A stretch of 64,000 bases of DNA from Balanoglossus misakiensis (taxonomy: Eukaryota > Animalia > Hemichordata): the NCBI GenBank assembly GCA_040954595.2, contig CM082585.2:2014902-2078901 (forward strand), in the 5' to 3' direction. Below are positions 21,601-36,600 of the stretch, piece after piece. Numbering within the stretch: the stretch's first letter is position 1; each line of letters begins with the position of its first letter. The translations under genes were made by a program, and so were the position numbers. The notes below the pieces were generated by a model that was not told where the DNA came from, searched no databases, and was given only the letters and a program-made list of their open reading frames with translations.

Positions 21601-24600
21601 TATACTCTGTAGATCGAGAGATAGTTCTAAAATTTCCATGTTTGCTTCCAAACAGCCTCGTTTATTTACGGAATTCTGTTTTGAGGCGCAGAACACATAG
21701 ATAGGCATATGTGCATAAGAAAGTTTTCCACTATAGACTCTGTAGATCGAGAGATAGTTCTAAAATTTCCATGGTTGCTTCCAAACACAGCCTCGTTTGT
21801 TTACAAAATTCTGTTGTGATGCGCAGAACACATATATAGGCCTATGCGCATAAGAACGTTTTCCACTAGACTCTGTAGATCGACGGATAGCTGTAAAATT
21901 TCCATGGTTGCTTCCAAACTGCCTCGTTTATTTACCGATTTCTGTTGTGAGGCGCAGAACACATGATAGGCCTATGCGCATAAGACATTTTTCCACTAGA
22001 CTCTGTAGATCGACGGATAGTTCTAAAATTTCCATGGTTGCTTCCAAACAGCCTCGTTTATTTACCGAATTCTGTTGTGAGGCGCAGAACACGTAATAGA
22101 CCTATGCGCATTAGAAAGTTTTCCACAAGACTCTGTAGATCGACGGATAGATGTAAAATGTCCACGGTTGCTTCCAAATACAGCCTCGTTTATTTACCGA
22201 TTTCTGTTGTGATGCGCATAACACATATATAGGCCTATGCGCAAAAGAACGTTTTCCACTAGACTCTGTAGATCGACGGATAGCTGTAAAATTTCCATGT
22301 TTGCTTCCAAACAGCCTCGTTTATTTACGGAATTCTGTTGTGAGGCGCAGAACACGTAATAGGCCTATGCGCATTAGAAAGTTTTCCACAGGACTCTGTA
22401 GATCGACGGATAGTTGTAAAATGTCCATGGTTGCTTCCAAATACAGCCTCGTTTATTTACCGATTTCTGTTGTGATGCGCATAACATATATATAGGCCTA
22501 TGCGCAAAAGAACGTTTTCCACTAGACTCTGTAGATCGACGGATAGCTGTAAAATTTCCATGTTTGCTTGCAAACAGCCTTGTTTATTTACGGAATTCTG
22601 TTTTGAGGCGCAGAACACATGATAGGCCTATGCGCATACGACATTTTTCCACTAGACTCTGTAGATCGACGGATAGTTGTAAAATTTCCATGGTTGCTTC
22701 CAAACAACCTCGTTTGTTTACCGAATTCTGTTGTGATGCGCAGAACACATATATAGGCCTATGCGCATAAGAACGTTTTCCACTAGACTCTGTAGATCGA
22801 CGGATAGTTGTAAAATGTTCATGGTTGCTTCCAAATACAGCCTCGTTTATTTACCGATTTCTGTTGTGATGCGCATAACACATAGATAGGCCTATGCGCA
22901 TTATAACGTTTTCCACTAGACTCTGTAGATCGACGGATAGTTGTAAAATTTCCATGGTTGCTTCCAAACAGCCTCGTTTATTTACCGAATTCTGTTGTTA
23001 GGCGCAGAAAACGTTATAGGCCTATGCGCATAAGAAAGTTTTCCACCAGACTCTGTAGATCGACGGATTTTTGTAAAATTTCCATGGTTGCTTCCAAACA
23101 GCCTCGTTTATTTACCGAATTCTGTTGTTAGGCGCAGAACACGTTATAGGCCTATGCGCATAAGAAAGTTTTCCACCAGACTCTGTAGATGGACTGATAG
23201 TTGTAAAATTTCCATGGTTGCTTCCAAACAGCCTCGTTTATTTACTGATTTCTGTTGTGAGGCGCAGAACACATGATAGGCCAATGCGCATAAGACATTT
23301 TTCCACTAGACTCTGTAGATCGACGGATAGTTGTAAAATTTCCATGGTTGCTTCCAAACAACCTCGTTTGTTTACGAATTCTGTTGTGATGCGCAGAACA
23401 CATATATAGGGCTATGCGCATAAGAAAGTTTTCCACCAGACTCCGTAGATCGACGGATAGTTGTAAAATTTCCATGGTTGCTTCCAAACAGCCTCGTTTA
23501 TTTACCGAATTCTGTTGTGAGGCGCAGAACACATAGATAGGCATATGTGCATAAGAAAGTTTTCCACTATAGACTCTGTAGATCGAGAGATAGTTCTAAA
23601 ATGTCCATGGTTGCTACCAAACACAGCCTCGTTTGTTTACAAAATTCTGTTGTGATGCGCAGAACACATAGATAGACCTATGCGCATATGAACGTTTTCC
23701 ACCATACACTGTAGATCGAGAGATAGTTCTAAAACTTCCATGTTTGCTTCCAAACAGCCTCGTTTATTTGCGGAATTCTGTTTTGAGGCGCAGAACACAT
23801 AGATAGGCATATGTGAATAAGAAAGTTTTCCACTATAGACTCTGTAGATCGAGAGATAGTTGTAAAATTTCCATGGTTGCTTCCAAACAGCCTCGTTTAT
23901 TTACCGATTTCTGTTGTGAGGCGCAGAACACATAGATAGGCCTATGCGCATAAAAAACTTTTCAACTTTAGATCAACGGATAGTTCTAAAATTTCCATGG
24001 TTGTTTCCAAACAGCCTCGTTTATTTACCGAATTCTGTTGTGATGCGTAGAACACATACATATGCCTATGCGCATAAGAAAGTTTTCCACTAGACTCCGT
24101 AGATCGACGAATAGTTCTAAAATGTCCATGGTTGCTTCCAAACAAAGCCTGGTTTGTTTACAAAATTCTGTTGTGATGCGCAGGACACATAGATAGGCCT
24201 ATGCGCATATGAACGTTTTCCACTATACTCTGTAGATCGAGAGATAGTTCTAAAATTTCCATGTTTGCTTCCAAACAGCCTCGTTTATTTACGGAATTCT
24301 GTTTTGAGGCGCAGAACACATAGATAGGCATATGTGCATAAGAAAGTTTTCCACTATAGACTCTGTAGATCGAGAGATAGTTCTAAAATGTCCATGGTTG
24401 CTTCCAAACACAGCCTCGTTTGTTTACAAAATTCTGTTGTGATGCGCAGAACACATATATAGGCCTATGCGCATAATAACGTTTTCCACTAGACTCTGTA
24501 GATCGACGGATAGTTGTAAAATTTCCATGGTTGCTTCCAAACAGCCTCGTTTATTTACCGAATTCTGTTGTGAGGCGCAGAACACATAGATAGGCATATG

Positions 24601-27600
24601 TGCATAAGAAAGTTTTCCACTATAGACTCTGTAGATCGAGAGATAGTTCTAAAATGTCCATGGTTGCTACCAAACACAGCCTCGTTTGTTTACAAAATTC
24701 TGTTGTGATGCGCAGAACACATATATAGGCCTATGCGCATAAGAACGTTTCCACTAGACTCTGTAGATCGACGGATAGTTGTAAAATTTCCATGGTTGCT
24801 TCCAAACAGCCTCGTTTATTTACTGATTTCTGTTGTGAGGCGCAGAACACATGATAGGCCAATGCGCATAAGACATTTTTCCACTAGACTCTGTAGATCG
24901 ACGGATAGTTGTAAAATTTCCATGGTTGCTTCCAAACAACCTCGTTTGTTTACGAATTCTGTTGTGATGCGCAGAACACATATATAGGCCTATGCGCATA
25001 AGAACGTTTTCCACTAGACTCTGTAGATCGAGAGATAGTTCTAAAATTTCCATGGTTGCTTCCAAACAGCCTCGTTTATTTACCGAATTCTGTTGTGAGA
25101 CGCAGAACACGTAATAGGCCTATGCGCATAAGAAAGTTTTCCACCAGACTCCGTAGATCGACGGATAGTTGTAAAATTTCCATGGTTGCTTCCAAACAGC
25201 CTCGTTTATTTACGGAATTATGTTGTGAGGCGCAGAACACGTAATAGGCCTATGCGCATTAGAAAGTTTTCCACAGGACTCTGTAGATCGACGGATAGTT
25301 GTAAAATGTCCATGGTTGCTTCCAAATACAGCCTCGTTTATTTACCGATTTCTGTTGTGATGCGCATAACATATATATAGGCCTATGCGCAAAAGAACGT
25401 TTTCCACTAGACTCTGTAGATCGACGGATAGCTGTAAAATTTCCATGTTTGCTTGCAAACAGCCTTGTTTATTTACGGAATTCTGTTTTGAGGCGCAGAA
25501 CACATGATAGGCCTATGCGCATACGACATTTTTCCACTAGACTCTGTAGATCGACGGATAGTTGTAAAATTTCCATGGTTGCTTCCAAACAACCTCGTTT
25601 GTTTACCGAATTCTGTTGTGATGCGCAGAACACATATATAGGCCTATGCGCATAAGAACGTTTTCCACTAGACTCTGTAGATCGACGGATAGTTGTAAAA
25701 TGTTCATGGTTGCTTCCAAATACAGCCTCGTTTATTTACCGATTTCTGTTGTGATGCGCATAACACATAGATAGGCCTATGCGCATTATAACGTTTTCCA
25801 CTAGACTCTGTAGATCGACGGATAGTTGTAAAATTTCCATGGTTGCTTCCAAACAGCCTCGTTTATTTACCGAATTCTGTTGTTAGGCGCAGAACACGTT
25901 ATAGGCCTATGCGCATAAGAAAGTTTTCCACCAGACTCTGTAGATCGACGGATTTTTGTAAAATTTCCATGGTTGCTTCCAAACAGCCTCGTTTATTTAC
26001 CGAATTCTGTTGTTAGGCGCAGAACACGTTATAGGCCTATGCGCATAAGAAAGTTTTCCACCAGACTCTGTAGATGGACTGATAGTTGTAAAATTTCCAT
26101 GGTTGCTTCCAAACAGCCTCGTTTATTTACTGATTTCTGTTGTGAGGCGCAGAACACATGATAGGCCAATGCGCATAAGACATTTTTCCACTAGACTCTG
26201 TAGATCGACGGATAGTTGTAAAATTTCCATGGTTGCTTCCAAACAACCTCGTTTGTTTACGAATTCTGTTGTGATGCGCAGAACACATATATAGGGCTAT
26301 GCGCATAAGAAAGTTTTCCACCAGACTCCGTAGATCGACGGATAGTTGTAAAATTTCCATGGTTGCTTCCAAACAGCCTCGTTTATTTACCGAATTCTGT
26401 TGTGAGGCGCAGAACACATAGATAGGCATATGTGCATAAGAAAGTTTTCCACTATAGACTCTGTAGATCGAGAGATAGTTCTAAAATGTCCATGGTTGCT
26501 ACCAAACACAGCCTCGTTTGTTTACAAAATTCTGTTGTGATGCGCAGAACACATAGATAGGCCTATGCGCATATGAACGTTTTCCACCATACACTGTAGA
26601 TCGAGAGATAGTTCTAAAACTTCCATGTTTGCTTCCAAACAGCCTCGTTTATTTGCGGAATTCTGTTTTGAGGCGCAGAACACATAGATAGGCATATGTG
26701 AATAAGAAAGTTTTCCACTATAGACTCTGTAGATCGAGAGATAGTTGTAAAATTTCCATGGTTGCTTCCAAACAGCCTCGTTTATTTACCGATTTCTGTT
26801 GTGAGGCGCAGAACACATAGATAGGCCTATGCGCATAAAAAACTTTTCAACTTTAGATCAACGGATAGTTCTAAAATTTCCATGGTTGTTTCCAAACAGC
26901 CTCGTTTATTTACCGAATTCTGTTGTGATGCGCAGAACACATATATAGGCCTATGCGCATAAGAACGTTTTCCACTAGACTCTGTAGATCGAGAGATAGT
27001 TCTAAAATTTCCATGGTTGCTTCCAAACAGCCTCGTTTATTTACCGAATTCTGTTGTGAGACGCAGAACACGTAATAGGCCTATGCGCATAAGAAAGTTT
27101 TCCACCAGACTCCGTAGATCGACGGATAGTTGTAAAATTTCCATGGTTGCTTCCAAACAGCCTCGTTTATTTACGGAATTATGTTGTGAGGCGCAGAACA
27201 CGTAATAGGCCTATGCGCATTAGAAAGTTTTCCACAGGACTCTGTAGATCGACGGATAGTTGTAAAATGTCCATGGTTGCTTCCAAATACAGCCTCGTTT
27301 ATTTACCGATTTCTGTTGTGATGCGCATAACATATATATAGGCCTATGCGCAAAAGAACGTTTTCCACTAGACTCTGTAGATCGACGGATAGCTGTAAAA
27401 TTTCCATGTTTGCTTGCAAACAGCCTTGTTTATTTACGGAATTCTGTTTTGAGGCGCAGAACACATGATAGGCCTATGCGCATACGACATTTTTCCACTA
27501 GACTCTGTAGATCGACGGATAGTTGTAAAATTTCCATGGTTGCTTCCAAACAACCTCGTTTGTTTACCGAATTCTGTTGTGATGCGCAGAACACATATAT

Positions 27601-30600
27601 AGGCCTATGCGCATAAGAACGTTTTCCACTAGACTCTGTAGATCGACGGATAGTTGTAAAATGTTCATGGTTGCTTCCAAATACAGCCTCGTTTATTTAC
27701 CGATTTCTGTTGTGATGCGCATAACACATAGATAGGCCTATGCGCATTATAACGTTTTCCACTAGACTCTGTAGATCGACGGATAGTTGTAAAATTTCCA
27801 TGGTTGCTTCCAAACAGCCTCGTTTATTTACCGAATTCTGTTGTTAGGCGCAGAACACGTTATAGGCCTATGCGCATAAGAAAGTTTTCCACCAGACTCT
27901 GTAGATCGACGGATTTTTGTAAAATTTCCATGGTTGCTTCCAAACAGCCTCGTTTATTTACCGAATTCTGTTGTTAGGCGCAGAACACGTTATAGGCCTA
28001 TGCGCATAAGAAAGTTTTCCACCAGACTCTGTAGATGGACTGATAGTTGTAAAATTTCCATGGTTGCTTCCAAACAGCCTCGTTTATTTACTGATTTCTG
28101 TTGTGAGGCGCAGAACACATGATAGGCCAATGCGCATAAGACATTTTTCCACTAGACTCTGTAGATCGACGGATAGTTGTAAAATTTCCATGGTTGCTTC
28201 CAAACAACCTCGTTTGTTTACGAATTCTGTTGTGATGCGCAGAACACATATATAGGGCTATGCGCATAAGAAAGTTTTCCACCAGACTCCGTAGATCGAC
28301 GGATAGTTGTAAAATTTCCATGGTTGCTTCCAAACAGCCTCGTTTATTTACCGAATTCTGTTGTGAGGCGCAGAACACATAGATAGGCATATGTGCATAA
28401 GAAAGTTTTCCACTATGGACTCTGTAGATCGAGAGATAGTTCTAAAATGTCCATGGTTGCTACCAAACACAGCCTCGTTTGTTTACAAAATTCTGTTGTG
28501 ATGCGCAGAACACATAGATAGGCCTATGCGCATATGAACGTTTTCCACCATACACTGTAGATCGAGAGATAGTTCTAAAACTTCCATGTTTGCTTCCAAA
28601 CAGCCTCGTTTATTTGCGGAATTCTGTTTTGAGGCGCAGAACACATAGATAGGCATATGTGAATAAGAAAGTTTTCCACTATAGACTCTGTAGATCGAGA
28701 GATAGTTGTAAAATTTCCATGGTTGCTTCCAAACAGCCTCGTTTATTTACCGATTTCTGTTGTGAGGCGCAGAACACATAGATAGGCCTATGCGCATAAA
28801 AAACTTTTCAACTTTAGATCAACGGATAGTTCTAAAATTTCCATGGTTGTTTCCAAACAGCCTCGTTTATTTACCGAATTCTGTTGTGATGCGTAGAACA
28901 CATACATATGCCTATGCGCATAAGAAAGTTTTCCACTAGACTCCGTAGATCGACGAATAGTTCTAAAATGTCCATGGTTGCTTCCAAACAAAGCCTGGTT
29001 TGTTTACAAAATTCTGTTGTGATGCGCAGAACACATAGATAGGCCTATGCGCATATGAACGTTTTCCACTATACTCTGTAGATCGAGAGATAGTTCTAAA
29101 ATTTCCATGTTTGCTTCCAAACAGCCTCGTTTATTTACGGAATTCTGTTTTGAGGCGCAGAACACATAGATAGGCATATGTGCATAAGAAAGTTTTCCAC
29201 TATAGACTCTGTAGATCGAGAGATAGTTCTAAAATGTCCATGGTTGCTTCCAAACACAGCCTCGTTTGTTTACAAAATTCTGTTGTGATGCGCAGAACAC
29301 ATATATAGGCCTATGCGCATAATAACGTTTTCCACTAGACTCTGTAGATCGACGGATAGTTGTAAAATTTCCATGGTTGCTTCCAAACAGCCTCGTTTAT
29401 TTACCGAATTCTGTTGTAAGGCACAGAACACATAGATAGGCCTATGTGCATAAGAAAGTTTTCCACTATAGACTCTGTAGATCGAGAGATAGTTCTAAAA
29501 TGTCCATGGTTGCTTCCAAACACAGCCTCGTTTGTTTACAAAATTCTGTTGTGATGCGCAGAACACATATATAGGCCTATGCGCATAATAACGTTTTCCA
29601 CTAGACTCTGTAGATCGACGGATAGTTGTAAAATTTCCATGGTTGCTTCCAAACAGCCTCGTTTATTTACCGAATTCTGTTGTGAGGCGCAGAACACATA
29701 GATAGGCATATGTGCATAAGAAAGTTTTCCACTATAGACTCTGTAGATCGAGAGATAGTTCTAAAATGTCCATGGTTGCTACCAAACACAGCCTCGTTTG
29801 TTTACAAAATTCTGTTGTGATGCGCAGAACACATATATAGGCCTATGCGCATAAGAACGTTTCCACTAGACTCTGTAGATCGACGGATAGTTGTAAAATT
29901 TCCATGGTTGCTTCCAAACAGCCTCGTTTATTTACTGATTTCTGTTGTGAGGCGCAGAACACATGATAGGCCAATGCGCATAAGACATTTTTCCACTAGA
30001 CTCTGTAGATCGACGGATAGTTGTAAAATTTCCATGGTTGCTTCCAAACAACCTTGTTTGTTTACGAATTCTGTTGTGATGCGCAGAACACATATATAGG
30101 CCTATGCGCATAAGAACGTTTTCCACTAGACTCTGTAGATCGAGAGATAGTTCTAAAATTTCCATGGTTGCTTCCAAACAGCCTCGTTTATTTACCGAAT
30201 TCTGTTGTGAGACGCAGAACACGTAATAGGCCTATGCGCATAAGAAAGTTTTCCACCAGACTCCGTAGATCGACGGATAGTTGTAAAATTTCCATGGTTG
30301 CTTCCAAACAGCCTCGTTTATTTACCGAATTCTGTTGTGAGGCGCAGAACACATAGATAGGCCTATGTGCATAAGAAAGTTTTCCACTATAGACTCTGTA
30401 GATCGAGAGATAGTTCTAAAATGTCCATGGTTGCTACCAAACACAGCCTCGTTTGTTTACAAAATTCTGTTGTGATGCGCAGAACACATATATAGGGCTA
30501 TGCGCATAAGAAAGTTTTCCACCAGACTCCGTAGATCGACGGATAGTTGTAAAATTTCCATGGTTGCTTCCAAACAGCCTCGTTTATTTACCGAATTCTG

Positions 30601-33600
30601 TTGTGAGGCGCAGAACACATAGATAGGCATATGTGCATAAGAAAGTTTTCCACTATAGACTCTGTAGATCGAGAGATAGTTCTAAAATGTCCATGGTTGC
30701 TACCAAACACAGCCTCGTTTGTTTACAAAATTCTGTTGTGATGCGCAGAACACATAGATAGGCCTATGCGCATATGAACGTTTTCCACCATACACTGTAG
30801 ATCGAGAGATAGTTCTAAAACTTCCATGTTTGCTTCCAAACAGCCTCGTTTATTTGCGGAATTCTGTTTTGAGGCGCAGAACACATAGATAGGCCTATGC
30901 GCATAAAAAACTTTTCAACTATAGATCAACGGATAGTTCTAAAATTTCCATGGTTGTTTCCAAACAGCCTCGTTTATTTACCGAATTCTGTTGTGATGCG
31001 TAGAACACATACATATGCCTATGCGCATAAGAAAGTTTTCCACTAGACTCCGTAGATCGACGAATAGTTCTAAAATGTCCATGGTTGCTTCCAAACAAAG
31101 CCTGGTTTGTTTACAAAATTCTGTTGTGATGCGCAGAACACATAGATAGGCCTATGCGCATATGAACGTTTTCCACTATACTCTGTAGATCGAGAGATAG
31201 TTCTAAAATTTCCATGTTTGCTTCCAAACAGCCTCGTTTATTTACGGAATTCTGTTTTGAGGCGCAGAACACATAGATAGGCATATGTGCATAAGAAAGT
31301 TTTCCACTATAGACTCTGTAGATCGAGAGATAGTTCTAAAATGTCCATGGTTGCTTCCAAACACAGCCTCGTTTGTTTACAAAATTCTGTTGTGATGCGC
31401 AGAACACATATATAGGCCTATGCGCATAATAACGTTTTCCACTAGACTCTGTAGATCGACGGATAGTTGTAAAATTTCCATGGTTGCTTCCAAACAGCCT
31501 CGTTTATTTACCGAATTCTGTTGTAAGGCACAGAACACATAGATAGGCCTATGTGCATAAGAAAGTTTTCCACTATAGACTCTGTAGATCGAGTGATAGT
31601 TCTAAAATGTCCATGGTTGCTTCCAAACACAGCCTCGTTTGTTTACAAAATTCTGTTGTGATGCGCAGAACACATATATAGGCCTATGCGCATAATAACG
31701 TTTTCCACTAGACTCTGTAGATCGACGGATAGTTGTAAAATTTCCATGGTTGCTTCCAAACAGCCTCGTTTATTTACCGAATTCTGTTGTGAGGCGCAGA
31801 ACACATAGATAGGCATATGTGCATAAGAAAGTTTTCCACTATAGACTCTGTAGATCGAGAGATATTTCTAAAATGTCCATGGTTGCTACCAAACACAGCC
31901 TCGTTTGTTTACAAAATTCTGTTGTGATGCGCAGAACACATATATAGGCCTATGCGCATAAGAACGTTTCCACTAGACTCTGTAGATCGACGGATAGTTG
32001 TAAAATTTCCATGGTTGCTTCCAAACAGCCTCGTTTATTTACTGATTTCTGTTGTGAGGCGCAGAACACATGATAGGCCAATGCGCATAAGACATTTTTC
32101 CATAGACTCTGTAGATCGACGGATAGTTGTAAAATTTCCATGGTTGCTTCCAAACAACCTCGTTTGTTTACGAATTCTGTTGTGATGCGCAGAACACATA
32201 TATAGGCCTATGCGCATAAGAACGTTTTCCACTAGACTCTGTAGATCGAGAGATAGTTCTAAAATTTCCATGGTTGCTTCCAAACAGCCTCGTTTATTTA
32301 CCGAATTCTGTTGTGAGACGCAGAACACGTAATAGGCCTATGCGCATAAGAAAGTTTTCCACCAGACTCCGTAGATCGACGGATAGTTGTAAAATTTCCA
32401 TGGTTGCTTCCAAACAGCCTCGTTTATTTACCGAATTCTGTTGTGAGGCGCAGAACACATAGATAGGCCTATGTGCATAAGAAAGTTTTCCACTATAGAC
32501 TCTGTAGATCGAGAGATAGTTCTAAAATGTCCATGGTTGCTACCAAACACAGCCTCGTTTGTTTACAAAATTCTGTTGTGATGCGCAGAACACATAGATA
32601 GGCCTATGCGCATATGAACGTTTTCCACTATACACTGTAGATCGAGAGATAGTTCTAAAACTTCCATGTTTGCTTCCAAACAGCCTCGTTTATTTACCGA
32701 ATTCTGTTGTGAGACGCAGAACACGTAATAGGCCTATGCGCATAAGAAAGTTTTCCACCAGACTCCGTAGATCGACGGATAGTTGTAAAATTTCCATGGT
32801 TGCTTCCAAACAGCCTCGTTTATTTACCGAATTCTGTTGTGAGGCGCAGAACACATAGATAGGCCTATGTGCATAAGAAAGTTTTCCACTATAGACTCTG
32901 TAGATCGAGAGATAGTTCTAAAATGTCCATGGTTGCTACCAAACACAGCCTCGTTTGTTTACAAAATTCTGTTGTGATGCGCAGAACACATATATAGGGC
33001 TATGCGCATAAGAAAGTTTTCCACCAGACTCCGTAGATCGACGGATAGTTGTAAAATTTCCATGGTTGCTTCCAAACAGCCTCGTTTATTTACCGAATTC
33101 TGTTGTGAGGCGCAGAACACATAGATAGGCATATGTGCATAAGAAAGTTTTCCACTATAGACTCTGTAGATCGAGAGATAGTTCTAAAATGTCCATGGTT
33201 GCTACCAAACACAGCCTCGTTTGTTTACAAAATTCTGTTGTGATGCGCAGAACACATAGATAGGCCTATGCGCATATGAACGTTTTCCACCATACACTGT
33301 AGATCGAGAGATAGTTCTAAAACTTCCATGTTTGCTTCCAAACAGCCTCGTTTATTTGCGGAATTCTGTTTTGAGGCGCAGAACACATAGATAGGCATAT
33401 GTGAATAAGAAAGTTTTCCACTATAGACTCTGTAGATCGAGAGATAGTTGTAAAATTTCCATGGTTGCTTCCAAACAGCCTCGTTTATTTACCGATTTCT
33501 GTTGTGAGGCGCAGAACACATAGATAGGCCTATGCGCATAAAAAACTTTTCAACTTTAGATCAACGGATAGTTCTAAAATTTCCATGGTTGTTTCCAAAC

Positions 33601-36600
33601 AGCCTCGTTTATTTACCGAATTCTGTTGTGATGCGTAGAACACATACATATGCCTATGCGCATAAGAAAGTTTTCCACTAGACTCCGTAGATCGACGAAT
33701 AGTTCTAAAATGTCCATGGTTGCTTCCAAACAAAGCCTGGTTTGTTTACAAAATTCTGTTGTGATGCGCAGAACACATAGATAGGCCTATGCGCATATGA
33801 ACGTTTTCCACTATACTCTGTAGATCGAGAGATAGTTCTAAAATTTCCATGTTTGCTTCCAAACAGCCTCGTTTATTTACGGAATTCTGTTTTGAGGCGC
33901 AGAACACATAGATAGGCATATGTGCATAAGAAAGTTTTCCACTATAGACTCTGTAGATCGAGAGATAGTTCTAAAATGTCCATGGTTGCTTCCAAACACA
34001 GCCTCGTTTGTTTACAAAATTCTGTTGTGATGCGCAGAACACATATATAGGCCTATGCGCATAATAACGTTTTCCACTAGACTCTGTAGATCGACGGATA
34101 GTTGTAAAATTTCCATGGTTGCTTCCAAACAGCCTCGTTTATTTACCGAATTCTGTTGTAAGGCACAGAACACATAGATAGGCCTATGTGCATAAGAAAG
34201 TTTTCCACTATAGACTCTGTAGATCGAGAGATAGTTCTAAAATGTCCATGGTTGCTTCCAAACACAGCCTCGTTTGTTTACAAAATTCTGTTGTGATGCG
34301 CAGAACACATATATAGGCCTATGCGCATAATAACGTTTTCCACTAGACTCTGTAGATCGACGGATAGTTGTAAAATTTCCATGGTTGCTTCCAAACAGCC
34401 TCGTTTATTTACCGAATTCTGTTGTGAGGCGCAGAACACATAGATAGGCATATGTGCATAAGAAAGTTTTCCACTATAGACTCTGTAGATCGAGAGATAG
34501 TTCTAAAATGTCCATGGTTGCTACCAAACACAGCCTCGTTTGTTTACAAAATTCTGTTGTGATGCGCAGAACACATATATAGGCCTATGCGCATAAGAAC
34601 GTTTCCACTAGACTCTGTAGATCGACGGATAGTTGTAAAATTTCCATGGTTGCTTCCAAACAGCCTCGTTTATTTACTGATTTCTGTTGTGAGGCGCAGA
34701 ACACATGATAGGCCAATGCGCATAAGACATTTTTCCACTAGACTCTGTAGATCGACGGATAGTTGTAAAATTTCCATGGTTGCTTCCAAACAACCTCGTT
34801 TGTTTACGAATTCTGTTGTGATGCGCAGAACACATATATAGGCCTATGCGCATAAGAACGTTTTCCACTAGACTCTGTAGATCGAGAGATAGTTCTAAAA
34901 TTTCCATGGTTGCTTCCAAACAGCCTCGTTTATTTACCGAATTCTGTTGTGAGACGCAGAACACGTAATAGGCCTATGCGCATAAGAAAGTTTTCCACCA
35001 GACTCCGTAGATCGACGGATAGTTGTAAAATTTCCATGGTTGCTTCCAAACAGCCTCGTTTATTTACCGAATTCTGTTGTGAGGCGCAGAACACATAGAT
35101 AGGCCTATGTGCATAAGAAAGTTTTCCACTATAGACTCTGTAGATCGAGAGATAGTTCTAAAATGTCCATGGTTGCTACCAAACACAGCCTCGTTTGTTT
35201 ACAAAATTCTGTTGTGATGCGCAGAACACATAGATAGGCCTATGCGCATATGAACGTTTTCCACTATACACTGTAGATCGAGAGATAGTTCTAAAACTTC
35301 CATGTTTGCTTCCAAACAGCCTCGTTTATTTGCGGAATTCTGTTTTGAGGCGCAGAACACATAGATAGGCATATGTGAATAAGAAAGTTTTCCACTATAG
35401 ACTCTGTAGATCGAGAGATAGTTGTAAAATTTCCATGGTTGCTTCCAAACAGCCTCGTTTATTTACCGATTTCTGTTGTGAGGCGCAGAACACATAGATA
35501 GGCCTATGCGCATAAAAAACTTTTCAACTTTAGATCAACGGATAGTTCTAAAATTTCCATGGTTGCTTCCAAACACAGCCTCGTTTGTTTACAAAATTCT
35601 GTTGTGATGCGCAGAACACATATATAGGCCTATGCGCATAAGAACGTTTTCCACTAGACTCTGTATATCCACGGATAGCTGTAAAATTGCCATGTTTGCT
35701 TCCAAACAGCCTCGTTTATTTACGGAATTCTGTTTTTAGGCGCAGAACACATAGATAGGCATATGTGCATAAGAAAGTTTTCCACTATAGACTCTGTAGA
35801 TCGAGAGATAGTTCTAAAATGTCCATGGTTGCTTCCAAACACAGCCTCGTTTGTTTACAAAATTCTGTTGTGATGCGCAGAACACATATATAGGCCTATG
35901 CGCAAAAGAACGTTTTCCACTAGACTCTGTAGATCGACGGATAGCTGTAAAATTTCCATGGTTGCTTCCAAACTGCCTCGTTTATTTACCGATTTCTGTT
36001 GTGAGGCGCAGAACACATGATAGGCCTATGCGCATAAGACATTTTTCCACTAGACTCTGTAGATCGACGGATAGTTCTAACATTTCCATGGTTGCTTCCA
36101 AACAGCCTCGTTTATTTACGGAATTCTGTTGTGAGGCGCAGAACACGTAATAGGCCTATGCGCATTAGAAAGTTTTCCACAAGACTCTGTAGATCGACGG
36201 ATAGTTGTAAAATGTCCATGGTTGCTTCCAAATACAGCCTCGTTTATTTACCGATTTCTGTTGTGATGCGCATAACACATATATAGGCCTATGCGCAAAA
36301 GAACGTTTTCCACTAGACTCTGTAGATCGACGGATAGCTGTAAAATTTCCATGTTTGCTTGCAAACAGCCTCGTTTATTTACGGAATTCTGTTTTGAGGC
36401 GCAGAACACATGATAGGCCTATGCGCATACGACATTTTTCCACTAGACTCTGTAGATCGACGGATAGTTGTAAAATGTCCATGGTTGCTTCCAAACAACC
36501 TCGTTTGTTTACCGAATTCTGTTGTGATGCGCAGAACACATATATAGGCCTATGCGCATAAGAACGTTTTCCACTAGACTCTGTAGATCGACGGATAGTT